A stretch of DNA of 64,000 bases. Origin: Podarcis liolepis. Taxonomy: Eukaryota. Shown one piece after another: positions 62,872 to 64,000 of this stretch (position 1 is its first letter; every line of letters starts with the position of its first letter). The notes beneath the pieces are model-generated. The model had not been told where the DNA came from, ran no database searches, and worked only from the letters and a program-made list of their open reading frames with translations. A program made the translations under genes and the position numbers. The stretch lies in assembly GCA_965112155.1 (NCBI GenBank), contig OZ218101.1; one strand, written 5' to 3'.

Positions 62872-63113
62872 CAGCGGTACCTTGGGTTAAGTACTTAATT
62901 CGTTCCGGAGGTCTGTTCTTAACCTGAAACTGTTCTTAACCTGAAGCACCACTTTAGCTAATAGGGCCTCCTGCTGTCGCCGCGCCGCCGGAGCATGATT
63001 TCTGTTCTCATCCTGAAGCAAAGTTCTTAACCTGAAGCACTATTTCTGGGTTAGCGGAGTCTGTAACCTGAAGCGCATGTAACCTGAAGCGTATGTAACC
63101 TGAGGTACCACTG
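62872..63113. mobile_element. Tc1/mariner MITE, family A
   Basis: TA|CAGCGGTACCT...GAGGTACCACTG|TA. Confidence 0.92.
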
Positions 63114-64000
63114 TACTCTCCTCCACCCCGAGGCTCTGACACTGGTCGGGCCCTGCAGCACTGCTATTTACATTTTTTTTAAAAAAAGTACACATTAATT
63201 GCACTCATGAAACGAACATCACATCTGTTTTGGCTCTCAGATCTCTTCGTACCAGGAACAGCATCTAATCGAATTGTCCGCAAAGTGCACTCTCCTTTCC
63301 ATCTTAAGAGCTCTTCCTTGTGCTTTCATCATGCCTATCTTTTCTCTCTCTTTCCATTTTCTTCGTTTTTGCTTGTAATTCAGCTTGGGGAAAACTAAAG
63401 CCAAAGCCAACTCAATATTTTGTGATTTTTAAAAGTGATTATGTGCCACTGTTGCTAGTTGAATTCCAACCCTTCCCCCCGTGACCCAAGATGGCTCCCT
63501 AAATCTGTTAAAGGAGCATTAGCATAGTCTTCTTGGGTAATCAATCTGAATTTCTTTAAGTTGAATCACATTTGTTTAACTTGGTGGTTTTTGGGGTTGC
63601 TGTTTTTATTTACGCAGAAATGACAAACAATTTAAAGCATGCATTAAGCTGAGGAATTATTTGAGCAAATCACAAAAAGTTAAGAGCAGGTCACTTTCAT
63701 TTTCCTTTCCAATTAGACAGTGGGCATTATTTGGTACTGTACTCAGTATTTCAAGTGTGCCACTTCCTTCTTTAAGATGAATGGAAGAATCAATGCTTCA
63801 TGGACCACCATAGGCCTGTTTCCAACATGGCGGCTTAATTTTTTCAACCTCTTTTATTAATGTTTCTGGCCTCCAGCATACAGGTCAGTAATACTGTATC
63901 TGTGTCGTTATTAAAAAGAGTTGCAGGAAAAGTCAGCGTCAAGGGAGAAAGTCTGTATCTCACCATACTGGGAAAATGGGAGTTTTGTGAAGGGTGGGGG

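Larger units (their letters stand above)
1..64000 (+). other. ITGBL1: Partial ITGBL1 gene body: large upstream intron, five internal exons, start of the next large intron
   Basis: Five spliceable Cys-rich exons join in frame. No start or stop exon was found in the window. A tight exon cluster between long introns fits what I recall of vertebrate ITGBL1. Confidence 0.88.

Noticed and set aside
1780-63113. Regularly spaced short repeats (taacctgaag, tcgtcttgc) resembling a CRISPR-like array
   Set aside because: They are internal subrepeats of mariner MITEs in a vertebrate genome, with no unique spacers or cas genes.
1-64000. Endogenous non-retroviral virus, NUMT or retrocopied gene
   Set aside because: None of the translated ORFs or sequence stretches resembled these on inspection. 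A tBLASTn/BLASTx search would be needed to exclude degraded cases.

Overview
This is eukaryotic, vertebrate DNA. The repeat content (Sauria/POM-type SINEs, Bov-B LINEs, squamate L2/CR1/L1) points to a squamate reptile, most likely a lacertid lizard. The whole window lies inside one + strand gene, ITGBL1 (integrin beta-like 1/TIED). Five internal coding exons (147, 123, 141, 141 and 147 bp; probably exons 3-7) sit at 45.1-55.5 kb. All are phase 1-1, have GT-AG boundaries and encode Cys-rich integrin I-EGF repeats. They are flanked by more than 45 kb of upstream intron and more than 8.5 kb of downstream intron. The introns are dense with transposable elements, many with readable TSDs/TIRs: Sauria SINEs, other tRNA- and 5S-derived SINEs, Bov-B, L1, L2, CR1, a Penelope remnant, five solo LTRs, Tc1/mariner-type and hAT MITEs, and a probable non-autonomous Helitron. 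There are also microsatellites and a 183-N assembly gap. Almost all ORFs in the supplied track are spurious or TE-derived. I found no convincing undescribed biological system. The best leads are an in-frame, stop-free circularisable exon block bracketed by inverted TE pairs, several chimeric or nested TEs, a Penelope hammerhead-like motif and a few candidate regulatory islands. Repeat family names come from recognition, not from a database search.
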